Source: Chiloscyllium plagiosum
Taxonomy: Eukaryota
Direction of reading: 5' to 3'
NCBI RefSeq assembly: GCF_004010195.1
Contig: NC_057754.1
Coordinates: 9,049,739-9,113,727 of the forward strand
Length of the DNA stretch: 63,989 bases
Shown here: positions 36,171-49,690 of the stretch, in pieces
How positions within the stretch are numbered: position 1 is the stretch's first letter
Layout of the letters: every line of letters begins with the position of its first letter
Notes under the pieces: model-generated
The model's input: only the letters and a program-made list of their open reading frames with translations
Databases searched by the model: none
What the model was told of the DNA's origin: nothing
Translations under genes and position numbers: made by a program

Positions 36171-38306
36171 ACGTGGGATAGAGTTTAAGAGCAGGAAGGT
36201 GATGCTCGAACTGCATAAAAAGTCCGTTAGGGTACAGCTGTGTGCAGTTCTGGAATCCACGGAAGAGGAGCGATGTGATTGCACTGGAGAGAGCAGAAAG
36301 GAGATTTATCAAGATGTTACGTGGACTGCAGAGTTTTGGTTGTAAAGAGCGGTTGTGCAGACTGGGGTTGTCTTCCTTAGAGCCTCATTGCCTGTGAGAG
36401 TGGCAGAAACACTCGTAGCATTTGATGTGCACTTACAAGGTAACCAAGTGCTGGAAAATGGGATGAGAATAGTTGGGTGACTGGTCTTGATGGTCCCAAG
36501 CTTGTTGGGCCAAAGGACATTTTTCTATGCTGTAGATCTTTATCATTTTAATGACGGCAGCATTTAAACTGTAATCCATTTGTCAAGAGGGCCACCTTCA
36601 GTGAATAGCTGCTTACCACATTATTGCATCAAAACAATTGTTCCAACTTCATTGAAGCGGGTGAACAAAAAGTTTTGCTTTCCAGTAAAATTCACCACTT
36701 TTACAAGGGGACCATTGAAATAACCTAGAAAGTTTGCTCATCATTGAGTTGGTGGATTATACCATTCCCAGTTGCATAATAGTTGGCTTGTTAGTCTGGT
36801 GCATTAGTCAGGGGAATTCTGGAGTAATAGGGGAATGGGTCTATGTGGGATACTCTCTGAACTTGTTGAGGCAAAGGGCCTGTTTCCATACTGTAGGGAT
36901 TCTGATTCTAATAATTGTTTTAGCACTTTTTTCAAGCTGGAGCCATTCATTTTGTTTAACTTGCTTGTCCATTTTTTGATTCATGCCAAGCATGAATTTC
37001 ATCCCCTTGAAAACTTTACCTCGTGTATCAGTCAACCCCCTGATTACAGCTCAGAATGGTATTCAAAACTTGACTTATACATGAGTATGTATGGTATACA
37101 ACTTTAATACTTTGTAACTAACTTTGTAACAGAAACCAAATAACAAATTTTATAGCAATTAGTCTTTCATATTTTTACACCCGTAATTAGGACAGTGGAA
37201 AATATAAGAGGAATAACTAAATTTGATAGATAGCATGAGATACAATAAATGATAGGAAAACTTGAATTCTAAGAGATAAGCCTGTCTGAAGGTAGACCCG
37301 GAGGAGTATAGCTCATAACCTTGGAATACAAATGAATACAATGCGTAGAAAGATCCCAAGGACAAGAGATTATAGCGTTTGTTAAACACCACGAGATCAT
37401 GGGAATCTGGGGCTGTCCATAGGGATGCCCATCATTGATTAGGCATTTTACTGGTTTGGGTGAATCGAGAGGAAGGGAAGGGCTGTAACCACGTTGTACA
37501 TAATCATCATAACACAAATGTATAAAAATACTGCTTTTGTTTTTTAACTGTTAGAGTGTGTCATGGATCTCCATTCAGAGGCCAGTCTTGGAGAAAGACC
37601 CTTTGGCCTTCTCCCTGCATTAACTGGTTTCTACTTGAATAAACATCTTCCACATGGTTGAATCCTGCATGCCTCATGAGCTTTCATCTCCCTGTCGGGG
37701 AAAAATGACCCTACAGAGATCTAACAGAAAGCTTGCAAGGACTTTGGAGACACATACTGTTTTCTGGAGGATGTGGCAGCAGATTTGAAGAAAAATGGAA
37801 CATATTTAAAGGGAGAGAACAATGAATGTCACACAATAGAGAGAGTTTGCACGCGTGTGTGGGTGGGGGGGGGGTTTAAGAATAAGATGATGTCAGGGCA
37901 GGCACAAGGAGAGAGAGGAAGAAAGACTCAGACAAGGGGAAACTTTAGACAGTTTGCCCCTTGTAGGGAGTGGAAATGAGAGAAACAGCAGACAGCAGTT
38001 GATTCCCAGAATTGGGAAGGTTGTGTTGTCTCAATCCTAGCGACAAAGAAATGCAATGAGCTCCACTCACTTGTTGTCAAAGGGGAGGTTGGAACAGAAA
38101 GGGAGAGGGACAGCCCGTTAAAAGGAAGTAACTTAAGGCACAAATATTACAAAGACTCAACACACCATACTTAACATGAAAGTACTTTATTTGACTTCTG
38201 CGGAGAATTCTAACACCGATAACTGGACTGGAGTTTATTAACATCAGCAGGAACAGATCCAGGTGTACACAGTTCATTCCAGGATACGATCATCACCAAA
38301 GTCCCA

Positions 38307-39197
38307 TCATTGCAGCTTCTTGTGAACTCGTCTGTGACTCAGCAGGTGCGATGACGTAGTGAATCTCTTCCCACATTCGAAACAACTGAATGGTTTCTCC
38401 CCAGTGTGAACCCGCTGGTGAGTCAGCAAGTCAGATGACTGACTGAATCTCTTCCCACACTCAGAGCAGGTGAAGGGTCGCTCCCTGGTGTGAACCCGTT
38501 GGTGGGTGAACAGCTGAGATGACTGACTGAATCCCTTTCCGCACTCCGAGCAGATGAATGGCCTCTCTCCAGTGTGAATGCGCTGGTGTTTGGTCAGGTC
38601 AAATGACAGCCAGAACCCAGTCCCACAGTGAGAACACCTGAAGGGTCTCTCGTCAGTGTGAACACGTTGATGGGACATCAGCTCCCCAGAACTTTTATAG
38701 CACTTCTCACAGTCTGGGCATTTATAAGGTCTTTCCCCAGTGTGAACTCGCTCATGTCTTAGCACGTGGGATAACTGAGTGAACCCCTTCCCACACATGG
38801 AACAGATGAATGGCCTTTCCCCAGTGTGAATTCGCTGATGCACGGTGAGCTGAGATGATTGCCTGAACCCAGTCCCACAGTAAGAGCACCTGAAGGGTCT
38901 CTCATTGGTGTGAACGCGTTGATGAAACATCAGGTCCCCAGAGCGTTTGTAACATTTTTCGCAGTCTGTGCATTTGAACGGTCTCTCGCCAGTGTGAACC
39001 CGCTGGTGTGTCAGCAGACTGGATGACTGAGTGAATCCTTTCCCACATATCGAGCAGGTTAATGGTCTCTGCTCTCTGTGAGCGTAGTGATGAGTGTCCA
39101 GCTCAGATTGGTAACTGAATCCCTCCCTGCCAAAACCACACTTGAACAGTTGATCCTCAGTATGACTGTATTGGTGAACAGAGCTATTTTCTTCCAT
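38307..39197 (-). CDS. KRAB-less C2H2 zinc-finger protein (296 aa; 9 intact fingers plus 1 degenerate)
   Basis: Uninterrupted ORF from ATG at 39197 (MEENSS...) to TGA, with HTGERPF linkers. Polypyrimidine tract and CAG acceptor at 39303 upstream. Confidence 0.9.
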   Translation of the reverse strand: MEENSSVHQYSHTEDQLFKCGFGREGFSYQSELDTHHYAHREQRPLTCSICGKGFTQSSSLLTHQRVHTGERPFKCTDCEKCYKRSGDLMFHQRVHTNERPFRCSYCGTGFRQSSQLTVHQRIHTGERPFICSMCGKGFTQLSHVLRHERVHTGERPYKCPDCEKCYKSSGELMSHQRVHTDERPFRCSHCGTGFWLSFDLTKHQRIHTGERPFICSECGKGFSQSSQLFTHQRVHTRERPFTCSECGKRFSQSSDLLTHQRVHTGEKPFSCFECGKRFTTSSHLLSHRRVHKKLQ

Positions 39198-39699
39198 GTT
39201 CAAAATTCAATATCATTTAAAGTTAGGAGAAACTGAGTTTCTCTGAAATATCCTGAGGTTCGGTTAACATTAGCTGAGCACAAATTTTCCCTGTTTAAAA
39301 TCCTGTAAAATTGACAAACACACAAAAGAAAAGAGTGAGCGGGAACCCACCAAAACAAAAGGCACATTGTGAAATGGAGCTGAACGAATCTGATCGTTTG
39401 TGGGACTGGCTTAAGGCAAAATAAAATCACCGTACAAGCTGCTGAATTGTCAGAAAAGAACAACTGTGTCACTCTTGCCTTTTAGGAAAGAAAAATTGGT
39501 CTGGATCTACAGAAGATGCTGACCTTTATGGGACAGGAGAGAGTGAGGGAGAAACAGCTAGGAGAAGCAGGGGGTGCGGGGAGGCAAACTCTCTCTCTCT
39601 ACAATTTGATCGGAAGTTTAAAAGAATCTCAGAGAGCACCGATCTTCTTCATCAAGGATAAAAGGTGACAGGTGAATGTGAATATGGTCAGCTCCTGAC

Positions 39700-40190
39700 T
39701 TGTTAGACATTCCGTCAGATCATCAGCAATTTACCCCCTTAAAATATTAGGAACATCAAAGTGATTGTCTCAGTCCCAGCTATAAATGCTACTTTCTAGC
39801 CACCAACTCCAACCTATTCCCTTGTAATCATGTGAGGCTGAACTAGTATTTCACGCTGTCCGCACCAAAATGCTAATTTCCACCTCAATGACATCACCCG
39901 ACTCCTTCATTTAAACTCATCTGTTGCTAAAACTCTCATCTACAAAACCTTGTTAGGTCTCGACTTAAATTTAACAAAACACATTTCTGACTGGCCTCTA
40001 ACGTTCAACTTCCCAGTCATTTAACACTCTGCTGCCAATGTACATTATCTCTTGTTCACCTATCATCGTTTGTGCTCACTGACCTGTAGAGACTCCTATT
40101 TGTAAAGCACTGAGATTTTAAAAAAAATTTCGTTCTCATTTCCCACCTTGGCTGTGATCCTTCCTCATCTCTCCCAGCCCCACGACCCAC
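39700..40190 (+). mobile_element. Old L2-like LINE fragment
   Basis: Weak resemblance to the L2 RT C-terminus (aaaactctcatc...tctcgactta). Confidence 0.4.
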
Positions 40191-40232
40191 TGAGATCTCT
40201 GCACTCATAGAAGTCCGGTTTCTTAGGCATTC

Positions 40233-40505
40233 CGGGCAGCACGGTAGCACAGCTGCTTCACAGCGCCAGAGACCTGGGTTCAATTCCCGCCTCAGGCAAC
40301 TGACTGTGTGGAGTTGGCACATTCTCCCCGTGTCTGCGTGGGTTTCCTCCCACAATCCAAAAATATGCAGGTTAGGCGAATTGGCCATGCTAAATTGCCC
40401 ATAGTGTTAGGTGAAGGGGAATGGGTCTGGGTGGATTGCGCTTTGGCAGGTCAGTGTGGATTTGTTGGGCTGAAGGGCCTGTTTCCACACTGTAAGTAAT
40501 CAAAT
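40233..40505 (+). mobile_element. HE1 SINE
   Basis: Family consensus match. Confidence 0.9.
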
Positions 40506-40789
40506 CATAATCCCTCCACCATAGGTGGCTGTTCTTTCAGTTCACTGGGTCCAGGCTCCAGAACCATTCTGTCTCACTTTCTTTTTAAAAGGTACAAATT
40601 AAAAACTGTCATTTAGTCACATGCCTGAAAACATCCTCATGTGGTTTGGAGTCAAAGACAGCTTTGTAACGTTTCCTGTGAAATGCGTCAGAACATAGTA
40701 TTTCTTTAAAAGTGTGATAGAATAAAATTAGTGTTGTTGACCTGTACAGATCACTGCTCCTTCATCTTAGCAGAAATCCTGTAATTGGG

Positions 40790-42110
40790 ATTGTTGGTTG
40801 GTTTGTTGAGCTAGTTGATTTTTTTTGGCAAATGTTGCGTCCCCCTTCTGGGTGACATCTTCAATGCTGTGTAGCCTCTGGATGAAGCGCTGTTGTTATG
40901 ATCTGCCCCGAATTTATACATTTCTCTCTGCTGTGGCAGGTGGTCCTACGTCTGATTTTGTACTTTCCTCCGGGTGCTCCGGTTTCCTCCCACAGTCCAA
41001 AAATGTGCAGGTCAGGTGAATTGGCCTTGCTAAATTGCCCGTAGTGTTAGGTGCATTAGTCAGAGGGAAATGGGACTGGGTGGATTACTCTTCGGAGGGT
41101 CGGTATGGACTTGGTGGGTCAAAGGGCCTGTTTCCATGCTATAGGGAATCTACTGTAGATGGGATCTATTTCAATGTGTTTGGTTTTGGCACCAGCGGAT
41201 GAATACCAGGCCGCCAGGAATTCCTGAGTTTGTCTTTGTTTAGCCTGTCCCAATATCGTAACATTGTCCCAGGTGAATTGGTGCCCTTCATTGTCAGTGT
41301 GTATTGACATGAGGGAGAACTGTTTGTGTCGTTTTGTTGCAAGCTGATACTCATGTGTTCTGGTGGCCTGTTTGTCCAATGTAATCTTCCTTTTAGTTGT
41401 TGTATGGCATAACTACAAGACTTATGTCCTCTGGAAATAGTGACAAACCAACAGCCACACTGCACCAGCTACTCTTCAGGACAAAAAGACCCCATGCCCA
41501 CAACCTGCAGGACAAACGTAATATCCAAAATACCATGCAGCAACTGAGATGAACATGGCATTAGTCAAACAGGCAGGAAACTAACCAGCAGACTATATGA
41601 GCATCAGCTTGCATCAAAACAAGACAACCAGTTCTCTCTCATGTCAATACACACTGACACTAAAGGACACCAATTCAACTGGGACAATGTTACGACATTG
41701 AGACAGGCTAGCCAAAGACAAGCTCAGGAATTCCTAGAGGCCTGATATTCATCCACTGGTGCCAAAATCAAGCATAGAGGAAGTGAGGACTACAGATGCT
41801 GGAGATCAGAGTCGAGAGCGTAGTGCTGAGAAGCAGGAGAATCAATGTTTTGGGCAAGAAACTGCTCCTTTGATGCTGCCTGACCTGCTGTGCCTTTTCA
41901 GCACCACACTCTCGACCATAACCAAACATGTTGAACTAGACCCCATCTACAGTCTACTACAGTAGAAAACCCGAAATACACTGGGCAGATCATAACAACA
42001 GCTCTTCGTCCAGAGGCTACACAGCATTGAAGATGTCATTCTAGAAGGAGGATGAAACATTCGCAGAAATCTTGACCGGCTCAGTGAATCAATGAATAAC
42101 TCCAACCTAC
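40790..42110. mobile_element. Penelope-like GIY-YIG element as a divergent inverted pair (minus ~40790-41385, plus ~41420-42110)
   Basis: TNVISKIPC...QTGRKLTSRLYEHQLA...GHQFNWDNV...QEFLEA is present on both strands. Confidence 0.8.
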
Positions 42111-44039
42111 AGATCTCCACAAAAACCCTTAAATCCTGTAATTCCTTACCCCACAGCAGTACCTTCACCACACGGACTGCAGTGACCAAGAAGGTCAAAC
42201 ATCATCATCTCCTTGAGTAACTGTGGATGGGCAATATCTGTGGCAACTGTGGAGAGTTAAACAAAATTAACATTTTACCAAGTGTAGGAAGAATTACAGG
42301 GAATGAAAATGCTGCAGGACATCTTCAGGGGAAAACTCATTTAGACAAGTTTGCAAAAGTAGCAGTGAATAGTAAAGGAACTAAAATACACCCATTATTA
42401 GGGGTAGGGGAAGTTAGACAGTTAAGAGTTAGACAGAGATGAACAGGAAGGGAAAACTTGAAGCATAGCATTGGATCTACAGCAATGGAATCAGACATTC
42501 CCTCAAGCCAGGGAACATCTCTCAGGTAACAGAACCTAGCAACAGAAATTTTAAACTGAACGTGAACAGACCAAAAAAAACTCACATGAAACAATTTAAG
42601 TTTTCAATATTTAAATCCTCTGCTGGAGTCTGCAACTGATTATCAGAAGCACAGGAGTCAGAGAAAAATCTCCAAGTTGAAGAAGTATTCAGGAGCAATT
42701 GTGATACCACCACACAATTGTCAGCGGGTGATAAATCTCTCAAGCACATGAACACAGAATATCTCAGTCTACACAAAGCAGTAATCACCACACATTATGA
42801 AGGATGTGAGGGTCCCCGAGAGGGTGTAGAGGAGATTTATCAGGATACTTTAAAGGATGACAAAGTAAGATTGTAAAAACTGGGGTTATCCTCCTTGTAG
42901 CAAAGGAGACTGAGAAGAGATTTGATAAAGGTGTACCATTGTATGACTATTTCAGATAAGATATTCCCATTAGCTTATTGCAAGACAATTACAAATAGGT
43001 TTAAGAGGTTGGCAAGAGGAAGATAGGGAATATTTTTCTGCCCTTAGTGGGAAACACTCAGAACTCTGGGCTTAATGTCCAGGCCCAGATTAATTAAATG
43101 ATGAAAGATTAAAGTTTTTTTGTGTCAGTTTGCTGTAAATGCTTTCCTTCTAACCCATGTAAAAAGATTTTCCAACATTTATTCATGTCAGTCCAGGAGA
43201 CAAATTCATAATACTCTCTTCGTGTATCTTCAAGCTCAGGATAGACAAACATAGACTAGGGAGTAGATTGCGATTAGGAATCTAGGCCATTACCAAGACC
43301 ATTCAATCCCACTCACTCTGTCACATCAAGCTGATGGCACCTGCATACTGATTTCAGTTGATTTTGGCATGTTTCCAGGTGTAGGGCTACAGATGACTCC
43401 TGCTTGTTTACAGATACAACATCAGGAGCCCCATGTTTGGGGCTTGAGGCCGACACTGGGCATTTACAAAGCTGTTCTGCTTTGTCAGTGTGCCTAAATG
43501 CTGCCCTCCACTTCAACCAGCCTGCAGATGTGACAAACTTTCAAGCTTAGGTTTCTGCCCTAGGCCTGCTGTAGGGGTCTACCTCAGGCCAAATGCAAGC
43601 TGGAGGAACAGCACCTCGTTTTCTGCTTGGGCACTTTACAGCCTTTAGTTCAACAACTTTGAACTATACATTCTGTCCTTCAATGTAGGTACACTCCCCT
43701 CCCCTTAGTATCTTGGGTGCACAGGTTTGGTCCTAGCAGAGTCATAGAGATGCAACTCAAACTAGCATCTACCAGTAACACCTAGTTTATTTCTCTTTCA
43801 CTGCCAATAACAGTTCCTTTAGCTCTGCATCCTCACCATCTGGTTTACATACCCCTTTTGTTGACATCATTAAAAAAATAGTTTCCAGCCCATACTCAGT
43901 GCAACTGGACTCGAAATATTAACTTAGCTTCGCTTTCCACAGATGCTACCAGACCTGCTAAGCTTCTCCAGCATTCTGTCTTTATTTCAGTTCTTCAGGA
44001 GCTGCAATGCACAGCTTTATTCAACAAACCAACCTCTGT

Positions 44040-44580
44040 GGCAAGCGTTCATACTGCGCATACTCCAAACACCGAAGGCTATTACGTCCATTCCTACGCG
44101 CAGCGACTCAGTCGACTGAAAGTTAGCTCCGGGCCAATAGGGAGGCAGAGGGCGGGGCCGGAGGACCGAGGGGCGGGGCCTGAGCGCAGCGGGGGGCGGA
44201 GCCGGAGGACCGAGCGAAAGGGCCAGTGGCCCGAGAAGGGCACGTGTGGTCTTTCGACCAATCAGAGTGAGCGTGTCGCAAGGTCACGCTGCGATTGGAA
44301 CATGCGCAATGAGGATCGTGAGACGGCGGTTTCGCAGGAGTGTAAGCGGGCGAACGGTGGGAGAGGAAAAGAACGGCCGGGGAATAGCGATACCTTTGAT
44401 ACGCCTCATAAAGGCTCTGAAAGTCGAGGAAGAACCTACCTGTGCCGAACTTGGTCGAAGTCGTGCTATATTTGTGGGCATCCTCCGTCGCCAAGCGCGG
44501 GTGCCTGGTGGCCATGTTGATCGGGGGTAAGCCGCAGAGCTGCGCATGCGCGGCCCTCTTGGGAAGTGGGAAGGGTTCGT
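44040..44580. promoter_or_regulatory. CpG-island (probably bidirectional) promoter
   Basis: Two GGGGCGGGGCC-type GC boxes (~44149, ~44170), CCAAT/ATTGG at ~44134, ~44259 and ~44294, and NRF1 TGCGCATGCGC at 44541. Confidence 0.7.
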
Positions 44581-45036
44581 CTTTTGTATTTTCTCATCAA
44601 TTTGTCCAGCGTTGCTATTGCAAGAAATTGCGGGGCCCTTTGCAGAAATACTTGTGTCACCTATTGTAGGGATTGGAACGATGTCAGCCAGACGGTTCTT
44701 TTTCGGAATGGCAGCTGGTGACAAGTGGTGTCCTGCAGGGTTCAGTGTTGGGGCTGCAGCTGTTCACGTTTTATATATTGATGATCTGGATGAAGGGACC
44801 TGGAGGAGGAGGGGGGGGGGGCATTCTGGCGAAGTTCGCCGATGAATACGAAGTTAGGCGGACAGGGAGGTGAGGAGGCTGCAGAAAGATTTAGACAGTT
44901 TAGGGGAGCAGTCCAAGAAATAGCTGATGAAATTCAACGTGAGCAAATGCGAGGTCTTGCACTTTGGAAAAAAGAATACAAGGACGGACTATTTTCTGAA
45001 CGGTGAGAAAATTCATAAAGCCAAAGTACAAAGGGA

Positions 45037-45366
45037 TTAGATTAGATTAGATTACTTACAGTGTGGAAACAGGCCCTTCGGCCCAACAAGCCCACACCGA
45101 TCCGCCGAAGCGTAACCCACCCAGACCCATTCTCCTACATTTACCCCTTCACCTAACACTACGGGCAATTTAGCACGGCCATTTAACCTAACCTGCACAT
45201 TTTTTGGGGGGATTGTGGGAGGAAACCGGAGCACCCGGAGGAAACCCACGCAGACACGGGGAGAATGTGCAAACTCCACACAGTCAGTCGCCTGAGGTGG
45301 GAATTGAACCCAGGTCTCTGGCGCTGTGAGGCAGCAGTGCTAACCACTGCGCCACCGTGCTGCCCC
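45037..45366 (-). mobile_element. HE1 SINE
   Basis: Full-length family match. Confidence 0.92.
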
Positions 45367-45405
45367 CATGGTGGATCTGGGAATGCTAGTCCAGGATTCT
45401 CTAAA

Positions 45406-45495
45406 TTCTGGATCAGTGGTGCTGGAAGAGCGCAGCAATTCAGGCAGCATCCGAGGACAGGCAAAATCGACGTTTCGGGCAAAAGCCCTTCATCA
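45406..45495 (-). mobile_element. 90-bp hammerhead-bearing mini element
   Basis: Minus strand CTGATGAAGGGCTTTTGCCCGAAACGTC. TSD GATTCTCTAAA at 45395-45405 and 45496-45506. Confidence 0.78.
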
Positions 45496-46146
45496 GATTC
45501 TCTAAAGGTTGACTTGCGGGTTGAGTCTGTGGTTAAGAAAGCAGTTGTCATTTTTCTCAAGAGGGTTGGAATGTAAAAGCAGTGATGTGCTACTGAGACT
45601 TTATAAAGCTCTGGTAAGGCCCCATTTGGAATACTATGTCCAGGTTTGGGTTCCACACCTCAGGAAGCCCATACAGGCCCTGGAGTGTGTTCAGTGGAGA
45701 TTTACACGGATGATCCCTGGAATGGTAGGCCTAACATATGATGGTCGGCTGAGGATCCTGGGATTGTATTCATTAGAGTTTAGAAGGTTGAGGGGAGATT
45801 TAATAGAAACTTACAAGATAATGCATGATTTAGAATTTGTTTCCATCAGGTGGGTATAGTAGGACCGTTGGGTACAGCCTTAGAATTATTGGGGGTCATT
45901 TAGAACGGGCATGAGAGGTTTCTTCAGCCAGAGTGGTGGGAATTCATTGCCACGCAGCGCAGTGGAGGCCGGGACGTCGAATGTCTTCAAGGCAGACATT
46001 GATAAATTCTTTAATCTCGCAAGGAATTAAGGGATACAGGGAAAGTGCGGGTAAGTGGCATTGAAATGACCATCTACCATGATCAAACGGTGGAGTGGAC
46101 TGGATGGGCCAAATGGTCTGCCTTCCGCTCCTATCTCTTATGGTCT

Positions 46147-46546
46147 TATAGAATATGAGTTCCTTGTTTGGGGCATGGTCCAATGAGGGAGCTCTGGCTG
46201 ACGTATATAAACAGGATTGTCTGTGAAATTGGGATTTGAGGTTTGTCCTCATGTCCCTGTAAACTGTTTGAATGGTAGGGTTTGGGGCTTGGCTTTGCTG
46301 CTCCTCTTCCTTGTAAAATTGCTGTCTCTTGTATGCAGCTGTAAATGTAACTTTGTTTGTTGTAAACTGTTTTTGTAATTTGTTTAATAAAACAAAAAAC
46401 AATAAACAGGAAAAAAAACAGGATTGTCGGGGTACTGTTTGCTCTAGGAGCTGGCTCTGAGCTGGCTGGCTCAATGTCATGTATTATGCACATGTAAATA
46501 AAGCGTGGATTGGTGATGGGATACTAGCCTTCGTGGAGTTCTTTCA
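46147..46546 (+). mobile_element. Probable solo LTR carrying a polyadenylated retroposed insert (46222-46415)
   Basis: CCAAT, TGACGT, TATATAAA, AATAAA and a ...TTCA end. The insert is flanked by AAACAGGATTGTC. Confidence 0.5.
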
Positions 46547-46559
46547 CCTATAATTATGG

Positions 46560-48945
46560 GTGAGGTGCCAAGTGGCACTGAGCCTGGTTTCCTGTACTGA
46601 GACTGGCTGTACTCTAACAAAAGGTACGTTAGGTTCCAAGCGATCGATTGTGATAGGGGACTATCTAGTCAGGGCACAGACAGCTGTTTCTGCGGGTGAC
46701 AGTGTGCCGTCAGAATGGTGTGTTGCCTCCCTGGTGCTGGGGTCAAGAATGTCTCGGAGAGGGTGCAGAATATTCTCGAAGGGGAAGGTGACCAGCAGGA
46801 GATTGTTGTTGTAAATGTTGGCGAAAAGGATGAGATTCTGATGAGAGAATGTAGGAAATTAGGAAGTTAAAAAGTAGATCCTTAAGGGTAGTAATATCTG
46901 GATTATTCCTAGTGCCACATCTCAGTGAGACTAGGAATAGGAGGCTAGAACAGATAAATGCCTGGCTGAGGAGCTGGTGCATGGGGCAAAGATTCATAGT
47001 TTTGGATCATTTGGAATCTGTTCTGGAGTACAAATGATCTGAATAAGAAGGGTGGGTTGCACCTAAATTGGGAGGGGACCATTAATCTGGCGAGAAGATT
47101 TGCTAGTGTTAGTAAACTAGTGGGAAGAAGAGATAGTGAGAAAAGAGAGCTGTCTGAGTCAGGTACAGTTGAGAACAGGAGCAAATCGAGCGGTTAAGGC
47201 AGACAAGAGCAACGGGGTAGGACTGATAAATTAAACCGTGTTTGTTTCAGTGCAAAGAGTCCTGACCGGGAAGGCAGATTAAGTCAGGGCATGGTTAGGA
47301 TCGTGGGTCTAATATATCATTGCTGTTACAGAAATGCGGCCCAGGGATGAACAGGATTGACAGCTTAATGTTCCAGGGGAATGATGCTGTAGGAAGGACA
47401 GAAAAGAGGGCAAGAGAGGAGTGGGAATGGCATTTTTGGTTTGCAATAACATTACGGCTGTACTTAGAGAGGATATTCTTGGGAATCTGTCTAGTGAAGT
47501 CATTTGGGTAGAACTGAAAAATAAAAAAGGGATAATCACCTTACCGTGATTGTCCTACAGTCCCCACCCAATAGTCAGTGGGAAATTGAGAAGCAAATTT
47601 GAAAGAAGATCTCAGTTATCTGAGAGAACAATAAGGTTTCAATGGTTGGAGTAATAACTTTCCAAAGATAGGCTGGGACTGCCATAGTGTTTAGGTTTGA
47701 ATGGAGAGGAATTTAAGTGTGTCCAAGGAAGTTGTTTTTATTCAGTATGTGGATGTACCTACTAAAGAAGGAGCAAAACCTGACCTTCTATTTGGGAAAT
47801 AAGGCAGGGCAAGTGACTGAGGTGTCAGTGGGAAAGCACTTTGGAGCCAGTGATCATAAATCTATTAGTTTAAAAATAGTTATTAAAAAGGATGGACCAG
47901 ATCTAAAAGTTAATTTTGACATTATTGCTCAAGAGCTTTCAAAAGTTGATTGGTGGAGGCTATCTGCAAGTAAAGGGACAACTGGAAAATGGGAGGGTTT
48001 CAAAAATGAGATAACAAGACTCCAGAGACAGTATGTTCCTATTGGTGCAAGGGGAAAGCTAGTACGTGTAGGGACTACAGGATGACTAGAGAAATTGGGG
48101 CTTTAGTCAAGAAAAAGGAGGAGGCATATGCCAGGTATAATTTGGAGATGCCGGTGTTAGACTGGGGTTACAAAGTTAAAAATCTCACAACACCAGGTTA
48201 TAGTCCAACAAGTTTAATTGGAAGCACTCGGTTTCAGAGCGCCGCTCGTTCATCAGGTGAGAACCACCTGATGAGGGAGCGGCACTCTGAAAGCTAGTGC
48301 TTCCAATTAAACCTGTTGGACTGTAACCTGGTGTTGTGATTTTTTAACTATGTCAGGTATAGACAGCAGAGATTGAGTGAATCCTTAGAGGAGGACAAGG
48401 GCAACTGGAGTATACTCAAGAGGGAAATCAGGAGGGCGGATAGGGGACAGGAGATAGCTTTGGCAAATAGGGTTAAGGAGAATCCAAAGAGATTCCACAA
48501 AAACATTTAGGACAAAAGGGTAACTAGGGATAGAACAGACCACTTAAAGATCAACAAGGCTGTCTATGTGTGGAATCAAAGGAGATGGGTGAGATACCAA
48601 ATGAGTATTTTTTTGTCAGTTTTTACTGTATGAGTATGAAAGCTGGAGAACGTGGAGAAACAAATAGTGATAGCTTGGAAAGTGTCTGTTTTACAGAGAA
48701 CAAGTAGTTGAATGTCTTAAAGTGGATAAATCCCAGGACCTGATCAGGTGTACCCCAGAACCATGTGGGAAGCTAGGGAAGTGATTGCTGGGCCTCTTGC
48801 TGAGGTATTTATATCATTGATAGCCCTGGGTGAGATGCGAGAAGACTGGGGGATGGCTAATGTTTGCCATTATTTAAGAAATGTGAGAAGGAAAAGCCAA
48901 GGAACAATAGAGTGGTGAGTCTGACGTCATGGTTGGTAAGTTATA
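46560..48945 (+). mobile_element. CR1 LINE ORF1 esterase and endonuclease remnants
   Basis: IVIGDYLVR, LGNKAGQVTEVSVGKHFGASDH. Confidence 0.85.
48140..48348. mobile_element. Inverted-pair Penelope-terminus element
   Basis: Near-perfect palindrome with a hammerhead core on each arm. TSD TATG(C/T)CAGGTATA at 48127-48139 and 48349-48361. Confidence 0.8.
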
Positions 48946-49429
48946 CAGTCATAGAGACTGACCCTTTGGTCCAACTTGTCCATGCCGACCAGATATGCTA
49001 AATTAATCTTGTCCTGTTTGCCAGCAATCAGCCCATATCCCTCTAAACCCTTCCAATTCATCTACTCATCCAGATGCCTTTTAAATGTTGTAATTGTACC
49101 AGCCTCCACCACGTCCTTTGGCAGCTCATTCCATACATGCACCACCTTCTGCATGAATCAGTTGCCATTAGGTCCTTTTTAAATCTTTTCCCCCACTCAC
49201 CTTAAACCTATGCCCCATAGCTTTGGACTCCATTATCCTGGGGAAAAGACCTTGGCTATTCACTTTATCTATGCCCATCAAGATTTTATGAACCTCTAAT
49301 GGTCACCCCTCAGCCTCCGATGCTCCAGGGAAAACAGGCCCAGCCTATTCAGCTTCTCCCTGTAGCTCAAACCCTGCAAACATGGCATCATCCTTGTAAA
49401 CCTTTTCTGAACCCTTTCACAAACTGTCC

Positions 49430-49690
49430 ACTCAAACCACACAGCATATCAATACAACAAAAATCTGGAATTAACAGCTAGACCTAGTGGTGACCATGTA
49501 ACCATAAAATCTCATCTGGTTCATTAGTGTCCATCAGGGAATTAAATCGCCATCCTTTCCTGGCCTGGCCTATATGTGACTTTAGATCCACAGTAATATC
49601 CCTAACTCTGCGCTCACAGCAGTTAGAGATGGACAATAAGTGTTGGCCCAGCCAGTGACACCCATATCTCATGAAAGAATCTTTAAAAAA
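49430..49690 (+). mobile_element. Old SINE (LF-SINE-like) 3' part
   Basis: ctggttcattagtgtcc...ctggcctatatgtgact. The tail matches the reverse complement of the LINE end at ~55725-55800. Confidence 0.5.

Larger units (their letters stand above)
44670..46147 (+). mobile_element. CR1 LINE 3' part with HE1 and hammerhead mini-element insertions
   Basis: VTSGVLQGSVLG, AKFAD, LYKALVRPHLEY and a TCTTATGG tail. Confidence 0.88.

Noticed and set aside
44038..44845. Several overlapping ORFs
   Set aside because: Expected in GC-rich CpG-island sequence, and the 3' part is CR1.
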